Shown here one piece after another: positions 9,804-20,115 of a DNA stretch of 64,000 nucleotides (positions are counted from its first letter, which is position 1; every line of letters begins with the position of its first letter). A program made the position numbers and the translations under genes. The DNA lies in IMG/VR virus record IMGVR_UViG_2765235997_000001, positions 23,089-87,088 of that record; one strand, given 5' to 3'. Below the pieces are notes generated by a model that was not told the origin of the DNA, did no database searches, and saw only the letters and a list, made by a program, of their open reading frames with translations. The stretch is from a virus. Its lineage: Duplodnaviria; Caudoviricetes.

Positions 9804-10052
9804 TCACCAGAGCTTTGTCGGCCGAAGGGTGACCTTGTACTCCACCGACCACGCGTCAAGGTCAGCCAGATCCGGCGGCGCTTCATACTCGTCGCCAGCG
9901 CCACCGAAGATGGTGATGGGGTCCACGGTCACGTCCGGCTCGGAAGTCAGCTCGTGGCCGTGTGCTGCGCAGCGGTTGAGGACCACCATGAGGGCCTGGA
10001 CTTCGGACAGTTCAACACCCTCGTCGGTGAAGACTGTGAATGATTGGCGCAC
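9804..10052 (-). CDS. Hypothetical acidic protein
   Basis: GAGG RBS; tiles operon. Confidence 0.55.
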   Translation of the reverse strand: MRQSFTVFTDEGVELSEVQALMVVLNRCAAHGHELTSEPDVTVDPITIFGGAGDEYEAPPDLADLDAWSVEYKVTLRPTKLW

Positions 10053-10056
10053 TTGG

Positions 10057-10350
10057 TCACCTCATACCTGGGTGGGCTTCGGGTGGTCGCTTCCGTCCGG
10101 GCCGACCTTTGACCTTGGCGGCGGCTGCCCCTTCTCGGGCCGATTTCTGGTCGTGGCAGGGGCCGCATACGCCTTGGAGCCCGGTGTCGCTGTGGTCGTC
10201 GGCCTTGGCGATGATGTGGTCGCAGAACTGGCTGGGCCTGACGCCACACAGGACGCACGTCCTGTCCCGTTCGAGGATGCGCGCCCGGATCTTGGCCCAC
10301 CCGCTGGGCAGCCGGCTCTTGCGGTCGGATCCTGCCCATCCTCCGCTCAT
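10057..10350 (-). CDS. HNH endonuclease (terminase-associated)
   Basis: RDRTCVLC...CDHII...LQGVCGPCHDQKS; upstream of terS. Confidence 0.88.
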   Translation of the reverse strand: MSGGWAGSDRKSRLPSGWAKIRARILERDRTCVLCGVRPSQFCDHIIAKADDHSDTGLQGVCGPCHDQKSAREGAAAAKVKGRPGRKRPPEAHPGMR

Positions 10351-10360
10351 GCCCGTCTCC

Positions 10361-10600
10361 TTAGTCGTCTTCGTCGGCGACGTTGACGTAGCCGTTGTTC
10401 TCGATGTGGAGGGCGGCGGTGAGCATGCCGAGGCTGGTGATCCAGTCGAGGGATTCGGATGTGGCTTTGATGAAGGAGATGACGCCGTCGGGCTTCACGA
10501 TCTTGATGAGGACGAGGGCGTCGACTGGAAGGTCGCCTTCATCGAGGTCGGCGGTGACGCCGAGCGTGTCGAGCAGTTGCCCGATCTGCTGGTCAGCCAT
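10361..10600 (-). CDS. Hypothetical protein
   Basis: 79 aa ORF tiling operon. Confidence 0.65.
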   Translation of the reverse strand: MADQQIGQLLDTLGVTADLDEGDLPVDALVLIKIVKPDGVISFIKATSESLDWITSLGMLTAALHIENNGYVNVADEDD

Positions 10601-10910
10601 GGGGCGTCCCGGTGTCGTCGTGGTCGCCTCGGTACTTGGCGAGGGCTTCGTGGACGCGGGTCTCGCTGCTGTCGTTGGAGTCCCACCATTCGACGGCTTT
10701 CCATACGTCGCTGAGGCGGGCGAGGCGGACGGTGGCGCGGGTTTCCCACTGCCGGTAGAGCACGAGGAGTTCTTCGGTTTCGCGTGCTGCGTCTTGTGCG
10801 TAGCCGAGGCCTGCGAGGCGGTTGGCCATTTCTTCGAGGTCTCAGCGTCGGGCTTGGAGGTCTTCGAGGTCTGCGGCGGCGTAGAGGTAGTTGTAGCTGC
10901 CGCCGCTCAT
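10593..10910 (-). pseudogene. Phage gene interrupted by in-frame TGA at codon 23
   Basis: ATGA-coupled start at 10910: MSGGSYNYLYAAADLEDLQARR*DLEEMANRLAGLGY...; TGA at 10842-10844, frame continues to 10593. Confidence 0.65.
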
Positions 10911-11629
10911 CGGAGGCCCTGCTGTCGTGGGGCGATCTCTCCGGCTTGCTCGCTGGCGATGTCGACGCGTTCGGCGGGCTGTTGGTCACCGTTGAGTGCG
11001 GCCTCGATGAGGTCGGCGACTGGTCCCCATGTGGGCGTGATGCCGCGTATGCGGACTACTTCGGCGCGCACGCGGGTGAGCGCTTCGTCGTACTCGACTG
11101 CCTGCTTGAGGTGCTCGCAGCTATCGATGTGCGGCGGCCAGCCTTCGGTGAGCCACGCCGGGGCGACGCCGTGGTCGGACCAGCCGCAGTGCTTCTGTCC
11201 GATCTCGTAGCCGTGCCGGGCCCACAGCCGGGCTTCGTCGCGCTCGATTTCCGCGTGCTCGGCCCGGCCGATCAGCTCGTGGATGTTGGCGTGTTTGCCC
11301 CGGATAGCGGACAGGGCCGCGCTGTGGAGCTGTCCGGGAGCGAGGCCGAGTTCCGCATGCATCTCGTCCCGCTCGGTCTCGGCCCCGGATTCGACGGCGT
11401 CACGGAGGTATCCGCTGGTGTCGTTGGCGGGGATGTCGATGGTGTCTTCGAAGACGAGAACGGCGCGGGCGCCAATCTTCTCTGCGATGCCGTCGAACTC
11501 GTCGATGGGGTCCGGCTGGTCGGGCCCGAGGATGTACCGCTGACGCGTGTACCCGTCTACGACGAGAATGAATGGCGGCCGGTCGTCGCCTGCACCTTCG
11601 GGGAGTTCGAGGATCTGCAAGCGGGCCAT
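10907..11629 (-). CDS. Hypothetical protein (240 aa)
   Basis: Coupled at both ends; protein-like composition. Confidence 0.7.
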   Translation of the reverse strand: MARLQILELPEGAGDDRPPFILVVDGYTRQRYILGPDQPDPIDEFDGIAEKIGARAVLVFEDTIDIPANDTSGYLRDAVESGAETERDEMHAELGLAPGQLHSAALSAIRGKHANIHELIGRAEHAEIERDEARLWARHGYEIGQKHCGWSDHGVAPAWLTEGWPPHIDSCEHLKQAVEYDEALTRVRAEVVRIRGITPTWGPVADLIEAALNGDQQPAERVDIASEQAGEIAPRQQGLR

Positions 11630-11802
11630 CAGCTGCTCACCGCCTCGTCGGTCCGGATGATGCTGCGGACGTCGAGGGGCCGGATGTAGGCGGTGGTTTC
11701 GCCGTTGGTGCGGGCGATGTACTGGTCGCCGTCGTATACGAGGGTGTCGACGGTGAGCTTTTGGTTGCTGCCGTCGTCGTAGGTGATGAGGTAGGTGGCC
11801 AT
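11629..11802 (-). CDS. Hypothetical protein (57 aa)
   Basis: Starts at GGAGCCCGCGCC-ATG motif. Confidence 0.65.
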   Translation of the reverse strand: MATYLITYDDGSNQKLTVDTLVYDGDQYIARTNGETTAYIRPLDVRSIIRTDEAVSS

Positions 11803-11827
11803 GGCGCGGGCTCCAGGGTGTGGTGGG

Positions 11828-12253
11828 TTACGGCTTCCAGTGGGGCCCGCGTAGTGCTTCGGGCACGTCGCTGGTGGTGATGGGGTTGGTGGCGGTGAGG
11901 ATGTCGCCGAGGCCGAGGCGGCGTTCGCTGCGCGGTGCCGGTCGGGGTAGCTGCGGCCTGTCGAGTCCGGCGAGCACGTCGGGTGTGATGCCGTGGGCGT
12001 GCGCGAGGTCAAGCAGCTCGGGGCAGTCGTTGAGGTTGTCGATGTTCGACAGGTCCATGTCGCCGTAGGTGCCGCAGCCATGGCAGGCGGGTTCGTAGGT
12101 GACGTTCGGGTCGAGCCTGTGCCGGGCGAGGATGCGGCGGTCCGCCTCACAGCGGCGCAGGACGCCGTCGTCCTGGCTGGGCGGGTACTCGCCCTCTTCG
12201 ACGAGCTGCTCGACCTCGTCGACTTGCTGGGTGATCCAGGTGTGGAGATCCAT
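11828..12253 (-). CDS. DUF6221-like protein
   Basis: VLRRCEADRRILARH...CPELLDLA pattern. Confidence 0.65.
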   Translation of the reverse strand: MDLHTWITQQVDEVEQLVEEGEYPPSQDDGVLRRCEADRRILARHRLDPNVTYEPACHGCGTYGDMDLSNIDNLNDCPELLDLAHAHGITPDVLAGLDRPQLPRPAPRSERRLGLGDILTATNPITTSDVPEALRGPHWKP

Positions 12254-12270
12254 GGCGCGGGCTCCGAGGG

Positions 12271-12501
12271 TCAGGTGTCTTCGTGGTGGATGCTGATGCG
12301 CCGGGCGAACATGGTGATCGTGATGGCCACGGCTTCGTCGTCCCGCATGTCGTCGATCTTGATGCTGCTTCCGGAAGGGATCGGTACTTCGACACCGTTG
12401 ATGCGGACGGTGCTCGGGATGAGGACTTGGTCGCCGCTGCTCCGGTCGATGATCTCGATGTCCGCCCCACGGCGAGGCTCCGGCTTGCGCATGTCGGTCA
12501 C
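12271..12501 (-). CDS. Hypothetical protein
   Basis: GTGA-coupled start; tiles operon. Confidence 0.6.
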   Translation of the reverse strand: MTDMRKPEPRRGADIEIIDRSSGDQVLIPSTVRINGVEVPIPSGSSIKIDDMRDDEAVAITITMFARRISIHHEDT

Positions 12502-12785
12502 GACGTCGCCTCTGCTTCGCTGTCGGAGGCCTTCGCGTCGCCCGGAGCGAAGAAGCCGGTGAACAGGTCGTTCCACGCCTTCTTCGTCTTCTCGGCGAGT
12601 TCGTCGCCGCTGGCCTTGCGCACGTAGCTGCTGATGCCCTCGGCCTGATGCCGGACGTCCTCGGGCACGGCGGTGAGGACTTGCTGGAGGCAGGTGTGGG
12701 TGCTGCTGTGCTGGTCCTCGTAGGACTGGATCGCGATGATGAGGTTCCATGCCCACAGGGGCAGGTCGGGCGTGGTGGCAGCCAT
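12498..12785 (-). CDS. Hypothetical protein
   Basis: Starts at repeated motif. Confidence 0.6.
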   Translation of the reverse strand: MAATTPDLPLWAWNLIIAIQSYEDQHSSTHTCLQQVLTAVPEDVRHQAEGISSYVRKASGDELAEKTKKAWNDLFTGFFAPGDAKASDSEAEATS

Positions 12786-12805
12786 GGCGCGGGCCTTCCG
12801 AGGGT

Positions 12806-12994
12806 TCAGTGTTGGTGGACGCGCCTCGTGAGAAGCCCGGTCCAGGTACGGATTTCGTGGTTGCTGCCGCCGCAGTTCTTGATGAGGCACACGGTCTTGT
12901 CCGGGTACACCCCGCGCTCGGGCTCAGGCTCGGCCTGTCCGATGCCGAGTTCGCGTTCGAGGTGCGCAATCCGCTGATAGTCCGGGGAAGCCAT
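12806..12994 (-). CDS. Hypothetical protein (62 aa)
   Basis: AGGAG RBS before ATG 12994. Confidence 0.6.
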   Translation of the reverse strand: MASPDYQRIAHLERELGIGQAEPEPERGVYPDKTVCLIKNCGGSNHEIRTWTGLLTRRVHQH

Positions 12995-13029
12995 GGTGGG
13001 GCTCCTATGCTCGGGCCATGGAAACTGGC

Positions 13030-13203
13030 ATGAGGGTTGAGCGTCTGGTGTCCGTGCTTGAGGACGAGGGCGATGCGTGGCGGGGCTTCTGCGACCAGCC
13101 GCACGCCGCCGAACGACAGTGGGCCACAGTCCCGGTGCCCTCACTTGAGATGGCCGAGCGGCTTCTGGCCGAGCATGCGGAGAGGGATCACGTCGCTGCC
13201 TAG
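13030..13203 (+). CDS. Small antisense hypothetical protein (start uncertain)
   Basis: Fills the gap between minus-strand genes; ends DHVAA. Confidence 0.4.
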   Translation: MRVERLVSVLEDEGDAWRGFCDQPHAAERQWATVPVPSLEMAERLLAEHAERDHVAA

Positions 13204-13204
13204 G

Positions 13205-14074
13205 TCAGGAGTCAAGTGCCCGCCGGATTCCCTCTTCCAGAGTGATCTGCGGGCTGTAGTAGCTGAGCATCCGGGTCGGGTCGCACACCCGGTGATGCAC
13301 CCCCTGCGGGGCGGTCGGCAGGTGTCTGATGCGCGGGGTGTAGCCGGCGGCAGCGGTGACGTAGCCGGCGAGCTGGTCGAACGAGGTGGCCCTGCCCCAG
13401 CCGAGGTTCACCGGCCCGGTGATGTCCTGGTCGATGGCGGCCAACGTGGCGCCGACGACATCGCTCACGTGGATCCAGTCGCGGGTGCTGCTGCCGTCGC
13501 CCCAGACTTCGAAGGGGTCTTCACGGCGGCGGGCCCTGCCGATGAACGCGGGGAACGGGTAGCAGTCGTCCTGGTCCTCGCCATAGCCCGAGAACGGGCG
13601 CAACACGTGGACGCGGCACCCTTCGGCTTCGGCGTACTGGGCGAGCCGCTCCCCTGTGACCTTAGCGAGCCCGTATGTGGCGTCGGGGAGGCCGGGGTTG
13701 TTGAGGTCGATGTCGTCCTCGACAAGGCGGTGGATGTCGCCGGGCTGCTGAAGTTCGACGGGGTAGGCGGCCGAGGAGCTGAAGTACACGGCGCGCGGGG
13801 TGCCGGTGCGGACGAGCCACTGGAAATACCAGGCATCCAGCGCGAGGTTGGTGGCGACGGCGAGCGGGGATCCGTCGATGGCTGCCCGGCCGCCGACGTT
13901 CGCCGCACAGTGAATGGCGAGGTCCCAGGGGCCTTCGTCGTAGCGGAAGAAGTCGAGGGCATCGGAGTGGTGCCGCTCCAGGTCGACGCCTTGAACGTCG
14001 TGGCCGCGCTCGTCGAGGGCCCGGTGGAGGTGCCTGCCGATGAAGCCCCGGTGGCCGGTCAGGAGGACGTTCAT
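13205..14074 (-). CDS. NAD-dependent nucleotide-sugar epimerase/dehydratase (extended SDR)
   Basis: TGHRGFIG, SSSAAY, YGLAK (YxxxK), RDWIHVSD. Confidence 0.92.
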   Translation of the reverse strand: MNVLLTGHRGFIGRHLHRALDERGHDVQGVDLERHHSDALDFFRYDEGPWDLAIHCAANVGGRAAIDGSPLAVATNLALDAWYFQWLVRTGTPRAVYFSSSAAYPVELQQPGDIHRLVEDDIDLNNPGLPDATYGLAKVTGERLAQYAEAEGCRVHVLRPFSGYGEDQDDCYPFPAFIGRARRREDPFEVWGDGSSTRDWIHVSDVVGATLAAIDQDITGPVNLGWGRATSFDQLAGYVTAAAGYTPRIRHLPTAPQGVHHRVCDPTRMLSYYSPQITLEEGIRRALDS

Positions 14075-14397
14075 CAGGCACCGTCCCCGTGGTCCAGGTC
14101 TGGCTGGTAGTCCTTCGCCATCTCCTTGGCGGTGATCACGAGGAGTTCACCGCTGGAGGTTCGGGCGACCCAGTCGTCCGGGCCTGCGTATGCCGGGCCC
14201 TTCGGGGTGGAGACGCGCAGGTACCAGTAGTCCTCGCCCAGGAACTCGGGGGCGATCAGGTCGTTGTTCCCGGCGTCGATGAGCCACTGCGGGACTTCCT
14301 CCCCACGGACGACCCAGGGGTTGTCCGCGTACTCGGCCAGCGCGTACTGGGCCGCTTCGACAACGGTGTATCCGGTGCGGAAGTACTGGTTGGTCAT
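14074..14397 (-). CDS. Hypothetical phage protein
   Basis: AGGAG RBS; TGATG-coupled to epimerase. Confidence 0.65.
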   Translation of the reverse strand: MTNQYFRTGYTVVEAAQYALAEYADNPWVVRGEEVPQWLIDAGNNDLIAPEFLGEDYWYLRVSTPKGPAYAGPDDWVARTSSGELLVITAKEMAKDYQPDLDHGDGA

Positions 14398-14416
14398 CTC
14401 TGTCTCCTGGGTGTGC

Positions 14417-14448
14417 GGAAGCCCCGAGCCAGGAGACTCGGGGCTTCC
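14417..14448. terminator. Hairpin, 12-bp perfect stem
   Basis: GGAAGCCCCGAG-N8-CTCGGGGCTTCC in intergenic space. Confidence 0.55.
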
Positions 14449-14486
14449 TTCCTGCGGTGATCAAGCCGCAGGCGTATGGGGGGTGG

Positions 14487-15086
14487 TCAGGCGGTGGGCT
14501 TGATGGCCCGGTAGACGCCCCATGGGAGGTCGCTGTCGACGGGCTCCAGCCCGATGGCCGCGCAGGCTTCGGTCTGCTGTTCGGCGGACCATGTGGTGAC
14601 GCCGATCCAGCTGTCGGCCTCGGATGGCGTCTCGGAGACGGGCCAGTCGAGGACGAGGATCCCGCCGAGCTTGGTGGCCGCCCGGAGCTTGCCGATGATG
14701 TGCAGGCAGTCCTCGTAGCTGTGGTGGATGAGGACGGCCAACGTGTAGACGGCGTCCATGCGACGCCGGCCGAGGTGTCCGGCGATGCCGTCGGCGTCAG
14801 CCTGGACGGTGGTCACGTCGGGGTCGCGTTCGCCGAGCCGGTCGAGCATGTTCTTGGAGGCGTCGACGGCGGTCACCTCGTACCCGAGGGCGGCCATGGG
14901 GACAGCGACCCGTCCGTCTCCGCACCCGAAGTCCATCACCTTCGCCCCGTCGGGGATGACCGACGCGAGCATGGCGGCCTGGCCTTTGCCGGACTCCCAG
15001 TAGGCATCCTCGGACACGTTCCGCAGCGGGTGGATCGCGGTGGGGTCGGCCTTGTCCCACGCCCGGATGACGTCATCGGCGGTCAC
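14487..15086 (-). CDS. Class I SAM-dependent methyltransferase
   Basis: VMDFGCGDGRV, VTAVDAS, LAVLIHH motifs. Confidence 0.9.
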   Translation of the reverse strand: MTADDVIRAWDKADPTAIHPLRNVSEDAYWESGKGQAAMLASVIPDGAKVMDFGCGDGRVAVPMAALGYEVTAVDASKNMLDRLGERDPDVTTVQADADGIAGHLGRRRMDAVYTLAVLIHHSYEDCLHIIGKLRAATKLGGILVLDWPVSETPSEADSWIGVTTWSAEQQTEACAAIGLEPVDSDLPWGVYRAIKPTA

Positions 15087-15385
15087 GATGCCCCCTCGCA
15101 GTCATCGGCGGTGTGCCACGAGGTCAGGATGTCGTCGTCCAGCATGTCGTTCGGCTTGGCCGGGTGGCGGTAGTCGAGGTTCTCCTCGAAGACGAGCCCG
15201 GTCTTGCCGACCGCAACGACGCTGGCGATCCACAGCCCTTCGGTGCCGTTGCGGCATCCGTCGAAAGGCTCCCGGAGCAGGTGCTTGGGAACTTCGCTGA
15301 TGAAGCCGAGGCGGCAGGGCAGCGGGGCGCCGGTTCGCCGGTCGGTGGCGGCGTAGTGCACATGGTCGCCAAGGCGGGGCTTCAC
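15083..15385 (-). CDS. Hypothetical protein (100 aa)
   Basis: GTGA-coupled at both ends. Confidence 0.65.
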   Translation of the reverse strand: MKPRLGDHVHYAATDRRTGAPLPCRLGFISEVPKHLLREPFDGCRNGTEGLWIASVVAVGKTGLVFEENLDYRHPAKPNDMLDDDILTSWHTADDCEGAS

Positions 15386-16086
15386 GATGCCTCCTCGACG
15401 AGTTTCCGAAGCTTGGCCAGGTCGGTGTCGAGCCCACCGTTGTCCCGGTAGTCGTAGTAGGCGGCACTGTCGGCCGACACCTGCTCGGGGCTGTTGCACT
15501 CCTCGTAGCCCTGATCGACCTCCGCCTTCTCAGCGGCCGGGTGCAGGTGCTCGATCACCATGTCGTCCAGGTAGGTGATCCGCCCCATGCCTCGACCCCA
15601 GTCCAACCAGCACAGATCCAGGCACAAGTGCACCAGGGCCGGAGGGCTGAAGTAGCCGAGAGTCTGGACGATGTCCGAGGTCATGGCTACCGCGGTCGGC
15701 ATCCGCTCCCCCATCAGGAGGTCGTTGCCGTACACAATGCCGGGGCCGCCGGACAAACAGATCCGGATCCGCTCATCCCACGCGGCGGTTCGCGGACGGT
15801 GGTCATCGCCCATGAACGCCAGGAACCGGTAGCGCTTCGCCGCCTTGACCGCCTGCTGGTTCAGGGTGCCGCACAGCCGCAGGCGCTTTCCGTACACGAA
15901 CCGGAACCGGCTGTCGCCCTTGAGCTTCGCTGCCTCCGCCTTGTACTTGGCGAGTTCGGGGTCGTCGTTGTCGACGGCGAACAGCAGGTCCGCGGTCGCC
16001 CCCGTGTTGTCCCACGCCTGCACAAGCGCGGGCACGGCCTGGGGGCGTCCTCGGGTCGGGATGATGACGAGCAGGTCGTCGGCCAT
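15382..16086 (-). CDS. GT-A (GT2-like) glycosyltransferase
   Basis: VIIPTRGRP, FAVDNDD, FMGDDH, VIEHLHP motifs. Confidence 0.82.
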   Translation of the reverse strand: MADDLLVIIPTRGRPQAVPALVQAWDNTGATADLLFAVDNDDPELAKYKAEAAKLKGDSRFRFVYGKRLRLCGTLNQQAVKAAKRYRFLAFMGDDHRPRTAAWDERIRICLSGGPGIVYGNDLLMGERMPTAVAMTSDIVQTLGYFSPPALVHLCLDLCWLDWGRGMGRITYLDDMVIEHLHPAAEKAEVDQGYEECNSPEQVSADSAAYYDYRDNGGLDTDLAKLRKLVEEAS

Positions 16087-16121
16087 GGCGCGGGCCCTTC
16101 TACAGCTGGGTGGTTGCCGGT

Positions 16122-17653
<1,532 letters not shown>

Positions 17654-17677
17654 GGGGCCTCCCCTCTGGGTACGCGA

Positions 17678-17711
17678 AAGCCCCCGCCGGTTCTCTCCAC
17701 GGCGGGGGCTT
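17678..17711 (-). terminator. Intrinsic terminator-like hairpin just downstream of the putative late promoter
   Basis: AAGCCCCCGCCG-N10-CGGCGGGGGCTT, ending in TTT on the minus strand. Confidence 0.65.
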
Positions 17712-17744
17712 CAGAAGCGTGATGTGACTCGTGTGTCACGATCA

Positions 17745-17773
17745 AGAATTGGACTTACAGTCCGGTTTGTCAA
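17745..17773 (-). promoter_or_regulatory. Sigma70-type promoter TTGACA-17-AATTCT with palindrome in the spacer
   Basis: Minus strand TTGACA aaccGGACTgtaAGTCC AATTCT. Confidence 0.6.
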
Positions 17774-17785
17774 GCCCTTCCAGGG

Positions 17786-18604
17786 TTAAGCAGCTTTACG
17801 GGGCTCGCTCGGCTTCCGGTTCATCCACGCGCGTCCTCGCTCTATCAGGAAGCGCATGTGCTCGACGTAGTAGACGGGGCGACCCTTGTCGTCTTCCCCG
17901 ACAGGCTCGATTGCCTTCCGGTGCGCCCAACTCGCGACCGTGTTGGGGCTCATGCCGAAGAGCTTCGCCCCCTCGGTCGCGGTGGCAGTCTCTCCGGTTA
18001 CGGGAGTGGGGAGTACAAGCTTCGTCCGCGTTCGAAGGTGGCCTTTGCCGATGGAGGCGACGGTTGGCCAGGTGGGGTCTGGTACTCCGTGCTGCGCGAC
18101 GAGGGTGTCGATGTGGGCCAGGAGCTTTTGTGTCTGGCGGAAGTACTCGCTTCTCTTGCCGACGCGGCACCATAAGAACTGCCTGTGTCGCAAGTATTCG
18201 TCGTCGGGGCCGCCGGGTTCGAAGGCCAGGATCTCGTCGGGGCGCAGGCTGCTGAAGCGGCTATGGGGGTCGGTGGTGGTGCCGATCTTGATGAAGTCTG
18301 CTCGCCGCATGTAGTAGACGATGGACTGCCGATCGGGCCTACTGCGACGCTGCTGCCAACCGGCTGAGGGGGTTTCCCTCTGCTGCTTCTGTTCGTGCTT
18401 CTGCTTGCCGAGTTTCACTGCGATGGCGACGGCCGATTCGTCAAGCTCGACGCCTGCGGTCTTCATGGTCTGCAATGCGTCCGCGATGCACGCGAAGGCA
18501 GGATCGTCCGTGTCGATCATCGCGAGCAGGGGCGCCACGCTGCGGCGGACTCCGGCGCGTTGGTCTTTGATTGATTGGGGCGTGAAGGCGTTACCCTGGC
18601 CCAT
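17786..18604 (-). CDS. T5orf172/GIY-YIG-like nuclease domain fused to a MerR-like HTH
   Basis: VYYMRRADFIKIGTT...RF...E...H...EYF, then EGAKLFGMSPNTVASWAHR. Confidence 0.72.
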   Translation of the reverse strand: MGQGNAFTPQSIKDQRAGVRRSVAPLLAMIDTDDPAFACIADALQTMKTAGVELDESAVAIAVKLGKQKHEQKQQRETPSAGWQQRRSRPDRQSIVYYMRRADFIKIGTTTDPHSRFSSLRPDEILAFEPGGPDDEYLRHRQFLWCRVGKRSEYFRQTQKLLAHIDTLVAQHGVPDPTWPTVASIGKGHLRTRTKLVLPTPVTGETATATEGAKLFGMSPNTVASWAHRKAIEPVGEDDKGRPVYYVEHMRFLIERGRAWMNRKPSEPRKAA

Positions 18605-18685
18605 GTCGATCTCCTCTGAAGGTCGGCCATGCCCCGGGAGGTCTAGCCACCTCGCCGGGGTCTCAACTGCCCTAATTCTACCGGC

Positions 18686-19120
18686 TCATGGCGATTTTCG
18701 TCGGCCTGGTGGGCGCGCGTAGAGGGCGTGTTCGAGGGCCGCTGTCCCGTCATCTGAGCTGGAGCTCTGCAGCGGAACTCGCCCGTCCATCCAGTCCCAG
18801 GCACGGTCGGCCGACACGGCCCCCGCCCCGGTGATCTCAACGCGGGCCGCAGGGTCGTCGGTGAAGGGGAGCAGGAGTGTCGACGGCGCGACCCGGAAAA
18901 CTGCGGCCAGGGCCACAAGCTCGTCCGCGCTGATGTGTCGCTCGGCCTTTTCCATCCTCGTGATCCCTGATGCCGGGATGGTGCGCCCAGCTTCTTCGAG
19001 AAGGCTGGCGAGACGGCGCGTACTGAAGCCGCGCACGCTTCTGAGCCGGGCCAGGTTCGCGGCTACCGTCCGGCCAGTTGGGCCGACTACGAGCGCTCTA
19101 CGACCGCGCTCGTCGCTCAT
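18686..19120 (-). CDS. XRE-family HTH regulator
   Basis: VAANLARLRSVRGFSTRRLA...ITRMEKAERHISADELVALA. Confidence 0.85.
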   Translation of the reverse strand: MSDERGRRALVVGPTGRTVAANLARLRSVRGFSTRRLASLLEEAGRTIPASGITRMEKAERHISADELVALAAVFRVAPSTLLLPFTDDPAARVEITGAGAVSADRAWDWMDGRVPLQSSSSDDGTAALEHALYARPPGRRKSP

Positions 19121-19923
19121 GCCGCGACCCCCGCGTCTTCTCGCAGCACCGCGTCCTGCTGTTCCCGGAGTTGCTTCCACTCCCCCAGCGTCTCCCACCG
19201 CGCCCCGCAGGTGCCGCACCGTACTCGGTGGCTGCTTGCGGTGGCGGTGAGGTCGGCCCGGCAGAGGCTGCCGTCGTCGTACCGGGCGGGGCAGCGGCCG
19301 ATGTTGACCCGTCCGGGCCGGTGTTCGTTGGCGGCGACCGCTGTGCATTCGGCGTGGAGGCGGCGCAGGTCGTCGATGTCCTGGCCGACCGACTCGTAGC
19401 TCGACACGGCCCACGGCAGGTTGTTGGCCAGGAACTTGAGGTGCTCGGGCACGGCCTTGCCAGCGGTCTGGGTGCGCCAGTGCGGGTAGACCCGGTCACC
19501 CTTCACCGGCCGCCCGACGTTGATGCGCCCGGCCGTGTCCCGGGTGACGGGGAACGTGGTCCGCTCGTCGACCGTCGGCAGGGTGTCCCAGCCGAGGGCT
19601 TGCCGCCAGGAGTCCTCGATGGCCTGCAACCGGGTGGCGACTCCCCCGTTCGCGGTGAGGGCAAGGACTTCGAGGCGCGGGGGTATCGGCGGGGTGCGGC
19701 TACCGGACGTTGCACCGCCGGGCCGGCGGGCGCCACGCATCAGCGTGCTGGTCTCGTTGAGCCGGCGGAACAGGGGCCCGAGTTCGGCGAGGTGCTTGGC
19801 CGCCTGGTCTTCACAGGGGCGGCACGCGTATCGGCCGGTCTCGGCAACCCAGAGCTGCCGCCCGCACCGGGGAGTCACGCACACGGGCCACTGGTAGTCG
19901 AGGTCTTCAGAGTTGTCGTGCAC
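19117..19923 (-). CDS. Cys-rich protein, candidate late-gene regulator
   Basis: CxxxxC/CxxC pairs at both ends; GAGGAG RBS; upstream of putative late promoter. Confidence 0.65.
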   Translation of the reverse strand: MHDNSEDLDYQWPVCVTPRCGRQLWVAETGRYACRPCEDQAAKHLAELGPLFRRLNETSTLMRGARRPGGATSGSRTPPIPPRLEVLALTANGGVATRLQAIEDSWRQALGWDTLPTVDERTTFPVTRDTAGRINVGRPVKGDRVYPHWRTQTAGKAVPEHLKFLANNLPWAVSSYESVGQDIDDLRRLHAECTAVAANEHRPGRVNIGRCPARYDDGSLCRADLTATASSHRVRCGTCGARWETLGEWKQLREQQDAVLREDAGVAA

Positions 19924-20115
19924 AGCGGCTCCTCGTGGTGGGTGCGGGAAGCAAGAGACCTGTAGGCCAATTGTGCGCTGGCGTGATGACAACCCTGGGC
20001 CAATGGCCGTGTCGGCGCGCCTCGGGCCCGCCTGATGGTTCAGGGCGGGCCCAGGGTGGGGGTACTCGGACCCGCTCGCACTAGGCTGTGCGAACACCGA
20101 GTGCCAGGGGGCGAC

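Larger units (their letters stand above)
11799..16100 (-). repeat. Dispersed start-associated repeat GCCCGCGCCATGG (4 copies, 1 variant)
   Basis: Copies at 11799-11814, 12250-12265, 12782-12799, 16083-16100; variant at 12991-13005; each contains a start codon. Confidence 0.8.
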
